Source: Felis catus (Eukaryota). From it: 64,000 nt of DNA. Location of the stretch: assembly GCF_018350175.1 (NCBI RefSeq), contig NC_058368.1:187240001-187304000 (forward strand), read 5' to 3'. The notes under the pieces are model-generated. The model was not told the origin of the DNA, did no database searches, and worked only from the letters and a program-made list of their open reading frames with translations. A program made the position numbers and the translations under genes. This document shows positions 50,501 through 64,000 of the stretch, one piece after another. Within the stretch, counting starts at the first letter, position 1; each line of letters starts with the position of its first letter.

Positions 50501-53500
50501 TAACTTGGTGGGCAGCACTGATTTTAAGGATACACTTTTCTGGGAGTTTGTGCCAGTAGCCAGATACCTAAGTCTTCAATTGGCTGGATTTGAATCCCTC
50601 TTTTCTGAGCTTGAGGGAAAGGATTCAATTTTTAGAATTTCTTGTGTTTGTGTGTTGTATAACTGGGCCCAAGCCACAAAATGCAATCATGGGCATAAAA
50701 TGGGTGTCCCAATAGCATGAAGGAGAGAGTGCTGGGGCTGGCAGAGTGGGGGGTTAGCACGCACCATGATATTAACAATCATTGTCATCATTATCATTGT
50801 GGTCATAGTCATCATCATTATCATCATAAAAGAAGCTTGTATGTATTGAGTACTTACTAAATGCAAAGCCTTAGCTCAGTCCCCTACATGGGTCATGTCA
50901 CCAATCCTTTCAACAACCCTCTGAGGCAAGTGCACATATTACCTTCAACTGAAGAAACAAAGGCTCCTAGAAGTTATATAACTTGCCCAACATCACATGA
51001 GTAATAAGCTGTGAAGCTGGAGTTCAAATCTACTCTTTATCCCTCTACTGCACTTATTGTCCCTGACATTCCCCTTTCATTATGGGGTAGCGATGCTGAC
51101 TGTTCTGCCTCTGGCATTCAAGCTTCCAGAAAGACAGCTGAGGTCAGTTCCTAACCCTGTTTTGAATAGGAAGTCCCACAGATACCTAAACCTCCTGATA
51201 AGTCCTCTTTACTCTAGTTCCTTCAAGCCCTTTTCATAAAACCCACACACTTGAGAAATGGAACCTTAAGCATCCTCTCCTCCCCTATTTCTCTCCTTTC
51301 ACCTGCTCCCCCATGGACTCCAGTTGGTTAGAAACCTCTCTTGCTGTTTATTTCTCTCTTAATAAGCCCCATCTCCTCTCAGAAAGCCATTTAGCACGGC
51401 ACCACTTAATTTCTCCTCGAAGCAGAATCTGCCAGATGGAGTCTTCATCCCAAGCCATGTTGATTTGTCTTATTTTTAAACAGCAGTGAACATCCCATGA
51501 AACTAAAATAGCAGTCAGTTCCCAGGTGTGACTCACTGAGCATGGAGGTGATCAAGAGCGTATGGACACATCCACCTGAGGCAGCTGTTCCAAATGACTT
51601 CCTCAGGTGGCACCCAGCCAGCTGCTGTCCACATCTGGATGTCACTCAATGCAGGGACATGCTGATTTTCCGCATCAACTGGGTTCAGCCACTCATTACC
51701 TCCCCTGGCTGGACCCCTTGGGCTGTGCATCCTTGCCTTTTCCACAGACATACTCATATTCCTGATTATTGGGGAGACAAAGTGGACCCCAGAGGACCAA
51801 GAGACTAGCACAAAGTAGCCAAGTGAAAGAAGGTCTCATTTTTTACCCTGATGTCTCATTGTTTTACAAAAAAATTCCTTTAAAATTTGACTCTGATTTT
51901 ATAACCTAACTATGCTAGGGTTAATATAAACATAATTCTTCAAATTATGTACCAGCTAAATACTAAACTGTATCCTCTCACCCAGCCCCCCAAAAAAACA
52001 TGTTTTTTTAAAACTAACATCCCAAAATCATGTTGATTTCATAGCCTCTGTATTCCCAGACACACATAATGGGATGTGTGCCTGAAGCATGCATGTCTCT
52101 GTTTGAGAAGCACTCATTGTATTCACAGAGATGTGCATTCTCTTTCTTGGGGATGGTAAGCCTACAACAGGGACTAAGAATGTTTCTTTACCACCACATA
52201 TCATCCTAAGGAAAAGAGGATTAATATAAAGGAAAGACAGAGGTGATTGTTACTAGTAAGGCAGTGACTTCCCTGAGATCCAAGAAATAATAGAAGTCAG
52301 AGACTGGTCTGACTTACAGCATCTTGGGTGGCTCCACTTACCACATAACACCTATCATCATGATGGGAATTGACAAGACAACATGCCAGCCCAGCTCACA
52401 AAAGTGACCACTTATAAATATGTATATACCATAAGCTCATCTCCATAACCCTCCATCTTCCATCACCCTTATAGCCCATATCCCATAAGAAGCAGTGGTG
52501 TCCTTTATTAGAAGGGGGAAGAATAAAATTCACTATTCATGGATGGAGGTATGTTGGCCTTGCCTCCAATATGTCTATATATACACCAATCCCAACTAGC
52601 ATTTGACAATCTTCTGAACCAGTGCCCTCTGGAATAGTTGGCAATCAGGATATTCCTCAGAGTCAAAGCCATTCTCACTAAACCCAATCTCAAATACCAG
52701 TCAGAATGCTGAGATTATAGCAATCAGGTGATACCCACCATCCCCAAAGGCATTATCTTATAGGACACAGAACTCAAAGAGGGGAGGTGGGGAAGAATGT
52801 GGACAAGTTCAGTGATAATCCTTTATCACTTGGAACAATTTTGCTACAATATTTAGGAATTTTTTTGTTTTGTTTTAAGCACCCCCTCAAAAAGAACAAT
52901 AACAACAAAAAAGCAAGAGAGAAATCCAATCTTTCTTTGGCCTGTGAGATTCCTTTTCCCATGGAGAGTACAGGCCACTCCAGTTTCTTTAAGTAGTCTT
53001 ATAATTGAACATTTAACAGATGTTCTCAGGGCTACTCTGAAGAAAAAAACAAATCTTTCCCTGAATCAGCAGAGAAACCATGAATTATTTTACAGTAATG
53101 TTCACCTTTCTGATGGAGGGGTATCCACCCTAAATATATCCATAAACAGATAAATATATTTCTGAAGTGCCACTGAGAAATAAATATGGGGGGTGGGGAC
53201 TGACTGTCCTTGTTCTTCACAGGGGAAAAAAAGGTGATAAAATAAGCTGATGGAATCAAAAAGTGTTTAGAAACCTGTTAAATGTCTTTCCATGGAAAGA
53301 AGAAATATTACTAAGATGCTCTAGATGCATTGCCTCCCAAATCCTCAGAGGTGATTTCAATAGACATTTGGGTGATATTGCCCATTGACTGATTTTGCCA
53401 GTAGCTGCCGTGCTGTGCTTTCTGGAGCCACGGGAACTTCCAAAGAATTCTATGGGTCTTTAGCATGGCAGGGTGTTCCCCAATACTAATGTCCCTGATT

Positions 53501-55218
53501 ATTTTGTAGACTCTGATCAGACCTTCCCTTGGTTGGCCTTCCAGATAGAAGCACACTCATTTCAGGGGACTAGGGGAATCATCTTCATAGATCTTTTATG
53601 ACAAGGACAATGGGGTCTTAGGAGGGCTTGTTCAGGGTTCTCCAGGGGGCACCAAAGAGGAAGCAAGACCTCAAGCCCTTATCCTTCTTAGGGACTTTTA
53701 TGAAGTCAAAAGAGAAAAGTGAAATTCCAGTCACATATCTTTCTCTGTGGAAGAGTAGTCTTGTCATGCCTGGGCACCCAGATTCTAACAGAAACTGAAG
53801 CAATAACATGCCCAGAGGGGTTCAGCATCCGTAAAGAAAACCAGCAAAGGAGAGCTTACCTCCTTAGGTCTGGCTGGTCTGAGAGGCATCCAGCTGCAAG
53901 CCAGCTGGGCTCAGTTGAAAAGACCACATGTAGAATATTGGTTTGGTTCCACATCCCATATTTAAAGAGAAACATTTCCAAATGCAGCCTTAGACAAAAT
54001 AGCTCACACCTCGACAGCTCTTGAAACTATCATTCATACAAGAATAACAGAGGACACTTGGAAAGTTAAATTTGACTTGGGAAGCCCAAAAGATTTCAGG
54101 GGCCACCTGATGAATGCCTTAAAATATTTACAAAATGGTAGAAGATGGAATATATCAGGCTCTCCAGGAGAGCAGATCTAGCTCAATATTTGGCTATGTA
54201 GATGGAGGACTTTCTAAGATGAGAGCTCCTTGAAATAGAATGTCTTGCCTTGGGTAGTAGGGAGTCCTTTTGCTGTTGGTGCAAAAGCTGAGGCTGCATA
54301 ACCACCTGAGACCCGAGGAGGGAGAGGGATACTTTTGAGGCAGTAGGATCTCCAAGCATTGAAAACTGTAGGGATGTGTGTCAAGCTGGACCTGGTCTCA
54401 GGTTTCAGCTCTATTTTTGTAAGACCTTGGAAACTTTTCTTGGACCCTCAATTTCCTCATTTGTGAACTGGGTCTAACAATATCTATTCTAGTGGGTTAT
54501 TATGCAAGTAAATAAAGTATTAACAAACATTAATGCTTGGCACAGTAGAAATCCTACATTTGTGATTATTGCTGCCACTGTTATATCTGAGCTTGATAAA
54601 TTGAATAGAAAGAGACAGTTCATAATTTCGTCAGATTTCTTTAGCCCTCTGATTCTATGATCACCATGGGTCCCATCTTGTCAACCTTACTGTTGCTGTC
54701 TTCCTAATTCCCTGACTGCCCAGAGTTTTCTGTTTCAGCACAGCCCCAGATCTTCCTCCACAATGGTCTATATCCTCACTTTCCTACTACCACTTTCCTC
54801 TCATAATTAGAAATAATCTTTCCTTGCAACCTGCTTTCTACAGGTTAGCTAGCTATTCTGGAAAATTATGTATATTAAGAGTACTATAATAATAATATAA
54901 TAATATGACTATGTAGTCACCTTCTCCCTCTTCCTTCTTCGGCTAAGAAGCAAGGCTAAGCACAGTCAACAGCCAGCAGTCAATCAAAACTCTAAATGAT
55001 CGTGAGAACAGATCTTCTACTAGTGGTATTCTATAGGTCATGCTTAGCTTTTCTAGAGAGATTATGATGGTGGTCATTTGGAGGTAAAATACTAAACAGT
55101 CTTGCGACAGGCTTCCTGGGGGACATTTAGGCACAGGTGGGACCTTCTTCTGTTCACTCATTTAATTTTCTAGAGAACCTTAAAACTCACTCTGACCCCT
55201 GTTGTTCTCCCACCCAAG

Positions 55219-55423
55219 AAAACAGCAGAGCTACGTGAAGAAGTGCTGGAAGGATGTGCGTGTGGGCGACTTCATCCAAATGCAATGCAATGAGATCATC
55301 CCAGCAGACATACTCCTGCTCTTCTCTTCAGACCCGAATGGGATCTGCCACCTGGAAACTGCCAACCTGGATGGAGAGACAAACCTCAAACAAAGGCGTG
55401 TTGTGAAGGGCTTCTCACAGCAG
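55219..55423 (+). CDS. ATP10B: ATP10B shared coding exon, actuator domain with DGET motif
   Basis: Encodes [68 protein letters not shown]; P4-ATPase LDGETNLK signature; acceptor ...cccaag|A, donor CAG|gtaagg; 205 nt, phase 2-0. Confidence 0.96.
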
Positions 55424-58400
55424 GTAAGGATCTTTCTAAGATTTCCAAAGGTGAGGTCAAAGGGAAGAAGCAAGCCAACTCCACTAGAAAACTGAACTCA
55501 ATCTGGTGCCAGAGGGAAAGTAGGAGATGCCTCCTTTTCCCAAGCACTTAGGTACACTTAATCTTCCCAGCAAGCCTCTTAATGGGTATTATCCCTATAC
55601 CACTGATGGGGAAACTGAGGCTTAAGAAAGGTAAATAACTTGCTAAAAGTCTCAGAATTCCTAAATGGGGGCCCACTATGTTTAAGGAAACTGTGGTCTC
55701 TGTTCTAAACCAAGGAGTCTAATATCTATTTGGTTACCCTTGGGACCAACCTGCTTTCCATGTTTATGCAGCCCTGCCCATCCTGCCCAGCTCTGCTCCC
55801 TCAACCTCTCCCTCCCTGAATCTTCTCTAGTACTACTTTGACCCCAGCATAAGCTTATAGGAAGGTATTGTTAACTATTTTTTCACTTGTGTACATCTTA
55901 CCTTCCCTCCTAGACAAACAGAGAACAATTGTCAACATCTTTATTTAACCCCCACACTTACACATATGGTACCTTGAACATCATGGGGAAGTCATTATTG
56001 TCTGGAGGTTTAAGAGCCCAGGCTCTGGAGGTTGACAGAGCTACACTACCATTTATTAGCATTGTCACCTCAGGAAAGTTACTCCTCTCTCACTTCTTTA
56101 TTCCCTCATCTGGAAAATGGGTATAAAAATAGTACCTTTTCCATTGGAGTGATTCTTAAGACTGAACAATATGTATAGTAATTACTTAGTATGAAGGTAG
56201 ACATATAGTAAGAGACCAGTAAATAGTCTGCAGTAAATATCAACAGTGTTCATAGGCAATGTGTTGAGTAATTGAAACTGGGTGTGATTGATATTCCAAT
56301 TTTTAATTAAAAATCCCCTTGAAAGGGTTGACTTTCAATCTGGAACCTTTCTCTGCACATGGAAAAGAATAAAATTCTATCACTTTCTTCATTCTGCCAG
56401 TCTTCGGCAGGAGAGAAATTGGATGAGTCAGGGGATTTACGGGTGAGAAGGCAAGTGCTTCATTCCTCAGAGATTATCATAAGCTAGAGTTAGGTTATCT
56501 AGATTGAAACTTCTTGAGAGAAGACAACTCCACTTACCTCACTTTGCCCCTCCCAAAGCACCGGATGAGCAGTTCTCACAAAATCTCTTTGGTACGATGG
56601 ATTCCTTAGGGGTCTCTTCTCTCGCCTCTGCGTGTTTCTCCCCTAGTTCTGTTATGAGATTCACATGAGATAAAGGAAGGAACGAATGAAATATAGGGCT
56701 TGGTGCATAGTAGGCCCACAGTAAATGGTCTGTTGCTGATACCTCAGCTGCACTTACTGCCCTGGGCATGGAAACCACCATGACCACATGGCTGCCATCT
56801 GCTTTTCTTGTCATTTCTCACGTTCAGTTTTCCATTGGTCTCCAGGCCCCACCCAAGTCAGTCACTGCACTGGTGCTGGGTGTCTAAGTTTTCTCTCCTT
56901 TGCTTGTCCCCACCACATTCACCAAACCACCTTAGAGTTTACAAGGGCAGGATCTGAGGAAAGTTCACAAAGCCATTCTAGATACACAGCAATCTATTTC
57001 CTGGCTCAGGGCCCTGTGGCCTGCCCTCTAGATCAGAGACTTTTAAGCTTCTTTAAACATAATTCACAGTAAGAAATACATATTATGCATGTGCAACACA
57101 CACAGGTGGATGTGTGTATGTGAGATGTAAAATTGCCACCTGATACTACATGCAAAGCACTCTGAGACTTTCTATTTCATTATTTTGCAAAGCTCTGAGA
57201 GCAGTGAAACTTGTGTTTGCTTACAAACCTACCCCTCTGCCGCCCCTTCCCAATCTCCTCATCTCTGTTCTGAGTCCTCTTTATTCTCTCTCAGGCAGCG
57301 GGTTTTCAGGGTTGTTGAGTTTCAACCAGTAGCTTCTCTTTTTGTCTCTGGCAGCAGCTCCCAAGCTGTTTCTTGTATTTTAATTAGTCAGATAGTTTGG
57401 GATTTGACTGGAATGAAGAGCCAGATAAAAGGGTCATTCACACTCCAGTGCCATAGACCATCCAATTTAATAACATCTCTCAAACTCTAACCCTGAATTC
57501 TCACAGGGTAGTTGGCATAATGATTTACAAAAAAAAAAAAAAAAAAAGTTAAATTCATTTGTGAAGGGAAGAAGATTTATTTGAGCTTGAAGGTTTTTAG
57601 CATTCTCTATTTGTTCCTTCATTCTCCCCCTCACTTTGCTTAAGTGTGTTTTTCCATTTCTGTAATAATAGTTATAATGATGACGTACTTTTATTAAGTC
57701 CTCACTGAGCCTTTGCGTGATTATCTCCTTTATCCTCACAAATCCCCACTGAGAGAGGGCTATTATTGTCCCCACTATACACCTGAAGAAAATGAAGCAT
57801 AGGAAGGTTAAGTTACTTGTCCAAGGTCACTGAGCCAGGAAGTGCTTGAAACAAGATTCAAAACCAAGTTTATCCAAAGTCTCAACTCTTAAGGTTTGTA
57901 GCAGCTCATCTCCCTGGCCTATTGACTATTACCCAGAGTTTACCCAGAGATGTTTACTTGAAAGCACACATTTATCATTTTTAATATTATTTTCACATAT
58001 AAGTAGTACATCGTAGGAAGAATAAAAGTAGGCTTATCCAGGTCCCTGAAAAAGGAATCTGGGCTGTTCTTTGCTATCTTGCTTCTCCCTTATGTCATCA
58101 GTGCAAAAAGATTTCTGAATATAGGTAGAATTCTCTTCTAACTCTATACTATAGCATTTCTCAAATGTGTTGGGCAGACATTGATGACAGTTGCAAGAAA
58201 AATACATTTTGCAAAATCAAAAAGACAGAAGACATTAGGTTACAAATTTTCAAATATTTCAAATATTTCTGCCAGACTTCTCAGGTACTTTGGTAAGCCC
58301 AAGGAGGAGAGGGGACAAGTACGAGTATGTACCATTTCTAAACACTTAACCACAGAAACCTTTTATTCCAAGGAACACATTCCAGGACTACTACAGGAGA

Positions 58401-59549
58401 TGTGGGATCACAGTTTAGGGATTTGTCCCAAATACATTAGAGGTGTTCAAGATGTACCATAATTACCACAGAGAGAATCTTTTAAAAATATACATGCATC
58501 CTTCCACATTATCACTAAGTTATGGCTCACCAGGACTGAGTAGGGGTCAAGCATGCATATGTTTTAAATGTTCCCCCATATGATCTCAACATGAACCTAC
58601 TACCTTCTTGAAAACCTGTACAACAGGTGTCACCTTGGGCACCTACAAAAAACACTTTTAATAATAAAAACAAAACTACCATCTCCGTGCTTCTTACATG
58701 TGCTAGTTTCTTTGCATGCATTGTCCCTGTTAGTCCTTGCAACCACCCTGCGAGATGGATATATCTATCCTCCTTTACAGATGAAACTCTGAGGAATAGA
58801 AATAGCATATCTTACCATTGTCTCAGAGAAGGTTTTGAGTACCTACAGATATGGTTTGTATGGAAATTTTATATCTTAAGTGATAAGTATCAATGGCTTT
58901 TGTTTGTTTTCCTTCTAAATCCCTAGGGGTTAATACCTTCACCTTGCCAAAAGGGTTTTTACTAACAGATTTCTAGAAATTTTCCACCCCATTCGTACAC
59001 CCACACTCATTTTTACATCTTGTGGATGATGAGAGATTAGTATATTCTGTTAATTCAAAATCACTAAGACAAACTTTGTCCCAGCTCCCCTATATCAGCA
59101 TTTCTCAAAGTGAAGTCTGCCAAATGCTTATCTCAAGAGAGAGTTGTTGAAAAACAAGGTTCATGGTCAAATCTGGATGGAAAAATCTGTGTCCTGTCGA
59201 CCTCTCTTAGAGGGTCCAGCATACATCAACATAGTAAGGTCTCTGAGAAGATCTGCAGGCAACAGATCTTTTAAACTTTAACCCTGAGTTTTCAGAACTG
59301 TTCTTCAAGACAATAATTCTAGCATTCCCATGAAAATTTGGGGGGGAAATTAACCTGGATTGTGAAGCACACATGATCAAAGCAGATGAGCAGTAACAGA
59401 GAAGTTAACAATCTTCATGACTTAGGCAATTCATTCTCCACTTACCCAAACAGGTTCCAATGAAATTATAAACATAAAAGAGCTTCTCAAAAGTAATTTC
59501 CTCCTGTGACATGAGACATCATTCTCAAGGTTTCCAAAGAGTTGCTTTC

Positions 59550-59766
59550 TTTTTTTTTATAATATTTTTTAATGTTTATTTATTTTTGAGAGAGAGAAAG
59601 ACAGAGAATGAGTGGAGGAGGAGCAGAGAGAGAGGGAGACACAGAATCCGAAACAGGCTCCAAGCTGTCAGCACAGAGCCCGACGCGGGGCTCGAACTCA
59701 CAAACCGTAAGATCATGACCCAAGCTGAAGCCAGCCGTTCAACCGACTGAGCCACCCAGGCGCCCC
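59550..59766 (-). mobile_element. CanSINE, full length
   Basis: 16-bp TSD ccaaagagttgctttc at 59534-59549 and 59767-59782. Confidence 0.95.
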
Positions 59767-60249
59767 CCAAAGAGTTGCTTTCAAATTCTTTTTCTCAGAA
59801 TTCAACTTGGACGAGGCCAATTGTTTTCTCAATTCAGACTTTTATCATGCTGGGTGATCTTGGAATTCACAAAATTATTGACCTATTCTTGCAGTATTTA
59901 TTCCCACATCCCATTGCTGAGGAAAGGGAAGGGATCCAAAATTAGTCTTATGCTAAGGTCTGCTGAGCAGGTCAGAGGACTTTATTAGAGAATTAAATTG
60001 TACCATTTTCTCTTTGGTGACATTCTGATACCTGAAATCTCTTCTTTAAAAGGATTTCCTAGATGAGTACTGGGAATTTAATGCCTGAAAAGGAGTATGT
60101 GACATTTATTTTGGTAGATGTAAATTACCAAAGCCAAAGAGTCAGAAATGAATTCTTCCAGTTAGTATTTCAGATCAAACATATTTCTGGGTATATCTTA
60201 TCCAAGTCACCGAATCCTAAGTCCTACTAAAACATGTGTCAGATCATTT

Positions 60250-60427
60250 CCCAGTACTAAACAAGTGCTTGCTACAGCAAGTATGATATATGGACTAACC
60301 TCTTCAGCATCAATTGGAAGCTTGTTAGAAATGCAGAATTTCAGGCCCTGCCCCAACTCAATTGGAATTTGCAATTTAACAAGATCCCCAGGTGATTCCT
60401 GTGCACAGTAAAGTTTGAAAGCAGTGG
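60250..60427 (+). mobile_element. MER5A-like hAT fossil
   Basis: gcttgttagaaatgcagaat...caggccc...tttaacaagatccccaggtgattc...aaagtttga. Confidence 0.75.
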
Positions 60428-60856
60428 CCAAGGGCATCAATGATTAATGTAATAACTGTGCTTATCTGTTTATTGCCCAAATTAAAGATTTTTAATTGAC
60501 TCTCCTTTTTAACTAGCTTGCATTCCATGATGATTAGTGATTTTAAACCATTTTCTCAATTATGAAGAACCATTGTAGCTTGGATCCTCTGCAGTGAATG
60601 TGTACACTGACTTTAACATACTTAGGCAGCAGAGCACTTTGCCAAAAGATTGAGATAGGGTAAATGAGTTATTTATTTATCACCCTCGTGGTTCACTGAT
60701 GATGCACCTGGAATGAAGCAAAAGGTAGATGTTCTCTCAACTCTGCCTGCCCTGACAACCAGAGAAAAAGTCTCTTTCCTGGTGGATTTTGTAATGGAAC
60801 CTGCCCCTGACAGGCTGTTCCAAGTTTCCTTAAGAAAGACCCTAAGGGGTCTTTCA

Positions 60857-60985
60857 GGGCCCCTGGGTGGCTCAGTTGGTTACGCGTCCAACTCTTGATT
60901 TCAGCTCAGGTTATGATCTTGTGATTCATGATTTCAAGACCCACGTTGGGGCTCCACACTGCTGACAGCACGAAGCCCACTTGGG

Positions 60986-61064
<79 letters not shown>

Positions 61065-61126
61065 CCCTCCTCCACTCACACACACTCTCTCACTCAAAAT
61101 AAATAAATTAATTAAAAAAAAAAAAA
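60857..61126 (+). mobile_element. CanSINE with expanded (CT)n tract
   Basis: SINE head, ~70 nt (CT)n at 60988-61062, A tail. Confidence 0.92.
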
Positions 61127-61249
61127 GAACGATAGCCCTTCTACCTATTATCCACTGCTTAAATGTTGAGCAGAGATCAAATTTTCTAGTGTCCCTTTAA
61201 TATAAAATCTACATGATGATATATGATGATAATAAATAATATCAACAGA

Positions 61250-61475
61250 GGGGCGCCTGGGTGGCACAGTCGGTTAAGCGTCCGACTTCAGCCAGGTCAC
61301 GATCTCGCGGTCCGTGAGTTCGAGCCCCGCGTCAGGCTCTGGGCTGATGGCTCGGAGCCTGGAGCCTGTTTCCGAGGCTGTGTCTCCCTCTCTCTCTGCC
61401 CCTCCCCCGTTCATGCTCTGTTTCTCTCTGTCCCAAAAATAAATAAAAAACGTTGAAAAAAAAATTAAAAAAAAA
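61250..61475 (+). mobile_element. Very young feline-type CanSINE
   Basis: ggggcgcctgggtggcacagtcggttaagcgtccgacttcagccaggtcacgatctcgcggtccgtgagttcgagccccgc with CpGs largely intact; TSD atcaacaga at 61241-61249 and 61476-61484. Confidence 0.96.
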
Positions 61476-62019
61476 ATCAACAGATAGGTTGATTAAACAT
61501 ATACTGTGTGCCATAGGCAGTTCTCCTAAGTGTTTTATACCTATTATCTCTTTATACTCCCCATAAATAACCCTGTGAGATAAGCACTTTGATTATCGCC
61601 ATTTGACAGATGAGTTAAGTAACCCTGCTAGCAGTGGACTAAGCTTGGACTTAAACTCAGGATTATCTTATTTTAACTCTTTATTATGAAAATTTTCAAG
61701 CATATCCAAAAGTAGGGAGAATAATATGATAAGTTTGTAATGTGCCCATCACCTGATTTCAACAATCAACTCATAATCAATCTTGTTTTATCAATAGCCT
61801 CACCCTCTTCATTCTGCAATTTATTTCAAAGCAAATCTTCAATGTTGCAACATTTTACTGGCAAACATTTTAATATATATCTCTCAAGGATAGGATTTCT
61901 TAAAAATGCCCCTATACCATTATCATTCCTAAAATATTAGCATTAATTCCTTGATATCAACTTTCAATTCAGTGTTCAATATCTTCCAGTTTATTTGAAT
62001 CAGAATCCAAACAAGTCTA

Positions 62020-62226
62020 GAGGTGCATGGGTGGCTCAGTCAGTTAAGCATCCAACTTCAGCTCAGATCATGATCTCATGGTTCATGAGTTTGAGCCCCA
62101 CATCAAGCTCTCTGCTTTCAGCACAGGGTCTGCTTAGGATCCTCTGTCCCCCATCTCTCTGCCCCTGCCCCACTTTTGCTCTCTCTGTCTCTCAAAAATA
62201 AATAAAAACATTTTTTTTTAAAAAAG
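62020..62226 (+). mobile_element. CanSINE within an old L1MC-like remnant
   Basis: 19-bp near-TSD cagaatccaaacaagtcta / cagaatccaaataagtcta. Confidence 0.93.
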
Positions 62227-63397
62227 CAGAATCCAAATAAGTCTAAACACTTAGATAAGCTTAACTCTCTTTTATTCAATAGGTTCCCTATTCATCTTTC
62301 TTTTTGTTTGTTTGTTTTTCTTGTATATTTAGTTCTTGTTGCTGAATAAATAAGATTGTTTGTTCTATGAAATTTCCCATAGTCTGGATTTTGCTGATCG
62401 CATTGTCTCCCAGTTATGTCATTTAACATGTCTCCCTGTTCATTGTATTTCTGTAAATTGGCAGTTAGAGCTAGTGCCTAAATCTGATTCAGGTTAGATT
62501 TGTGTTTGTGGGTGGATATGTCGCTGTTGCATGAATTGATTCCCTACCATCCTGCACAGGTGACCAATGAGTTTGTCTATTTTACTATCAATATGCACTC
62601 ATGGATTTAAACATATTTGATGTGTGTCAAATCAGTGCGTTTGTTATCTTTATTGATTGCCCCATTTTTAGCCAGTGGGACCTTCTTCACATTGGCTCCT
62701 GAGCTCTTTTTCATGACCTCAATAGTCTTCAATAGATCTAGTCCCTTTTAAGAGAAAATGGTGTTTAGAAATCACAATAAGTACATGTTGAAGGTACATA
62801 TTGGTATTGGATTGATCATTATTTCTGTGCCATTAAATGGACAGAACTAGAACTTTTTAAAGATTAAATAGATGAGGATTTATGCTAGTACTTGAAATTT
62901 AGGACTAGAGGTCTTTACACAACCTCACCAGTATTAAATATGTAAGTCCTTCTCCCACATTAGACAGTCAATTAGCCTCTGTAGTACAAAGTATACTGTA
63001 GTTTGATATTTGACACAAACAATCCTTAGAAGTAGAAAGGGAAGAATTAGTAATAATTTCAAGATGGGGAAACAATTTCTAAAAGATTAAATCTTATCAA
63101 AGTTTCCTCAGCTAATGCAGGGTTATGCCAAACTTGGAAGGCAATTTGGATGTACCTGATTATTTTTCCCTTTGCTAAAGTAATTCTTAGATCCCTTTAC
63201 ATGTTTATTTCTCAAATAAATACAATTTCACAAATATGAAAATAATGAAACTATACAATTATTTGCAATGATAATAATGAGACCATGATGGACACAACCC
63301 TAAAAAAAACTTACTTTTATTTTTTGCAGTCCTCTGACCTTTTTTTGGTGATTCTCCCCTCCAGAGGTCTTCTAAGGCATGAGCGCGTGTGCAGGCA

Positions 63398-63398
63398 T

Positions 63399-63446
<48 letters not shown>
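63398..63446. repeat. (CA)n microsatellite
   Basis: Direct reading. Confidence 0.95.
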
Positions 63447-63447
<1 letters not shown>

Positions 63448-63521
63448 ACAAACATGGGAGATCCTTTCTCCTTCCCAGTGTTTAGCACTATTTGAAAACT
63501 TCTATTAAAAAGTCTTTTTTA

Positions 63522-63738
63522 GGGGTGCCTGGGAGGCTCAGTTGGTTGAACGTCTGACTTTGGCTCAGGTCATGGCCTCATGGTTCATGGGTTAGATCCC
63601 TGCTTCCAGTTCTGTACTGACAACTCAGAGCCTGGAGCCTCCTTCAGATTCTGTGTCTCCCTCTCTCTCCGCCCCTCCCCTGCTTGTGCTCTGTCTCACT
63701 CTGTCTCTCAACAACAAATAAATGTTAGAAAACATTTT
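63522..63738 (+). mobile_element. CanSINE, full length
   Basis: TSD taaaaagtctttttt at 63506-63520 and 63739-63753. Confidence 0.94.
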
Positions 63739-64000
63739 TAAAAAGTCTTTTTTTTAATTTTTGTCCCTTTAGGGCCTTATGAGGAAGCTCTGCTAGGTTA
63801 TATGAAAGATATGATCATCTAAAGGTGTTAATAGATCATAGCTTCAAGTTTTCTTCTTTCCCACTGTCTCCCTACCCCATGATAACATATTTACATTTTG
63901 ATAGTGGTCTTCACAGTCTTAACCACTAAGGATAACTGTGAGTATTTCAGCCCAATGTGGGAAATATTTGATGCCTCAAAGGAGAACCATACCAATCTAG

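Noticed and set aside
61250-61330. tRNA gene
   Set aside because: A/B boxes belong to the tRNA-derived SINE head, followed by CT tract, A tail and TSD.

Overview
Felid (cat-family) genomic DNA, judged from the carnivore tRNA-derived SINEs including a young feline-type copy. The window covers the 5' part of the P4-ATPase lipid flippase gene ATP10B on the + strand. Three canonical coding exons are visible (36398-36672, 37670-37864, 55219-55423); the rest of the gene lies downstream of the window. The standout feature is a second, intact, intronless N-terminal coding exon at 38806-39191. It is a diverged paralogue (43/92 identical residues, gapless, counted by hand) of the two canonical exons encoding the N-terminal tail, TM1 and TM2, and ends in the same phase-2 donor, so it can splice to the shared exon at 55219. 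ATP10B therefore appears to carry two mutually exclusive N-terminal modules: an ATP10D-like one with a dileucine endolysosomal signal, and an ATP10A-like one with a polybasic tail and no dileucine signal. The remainder is intronic DNA rich in SINEs, L1/L2, solo LTRs, DNA-transposon fossils and microsatellites, with two assembly gaps. Paralogue comparisons and repeat family names come from recall, not from searches.
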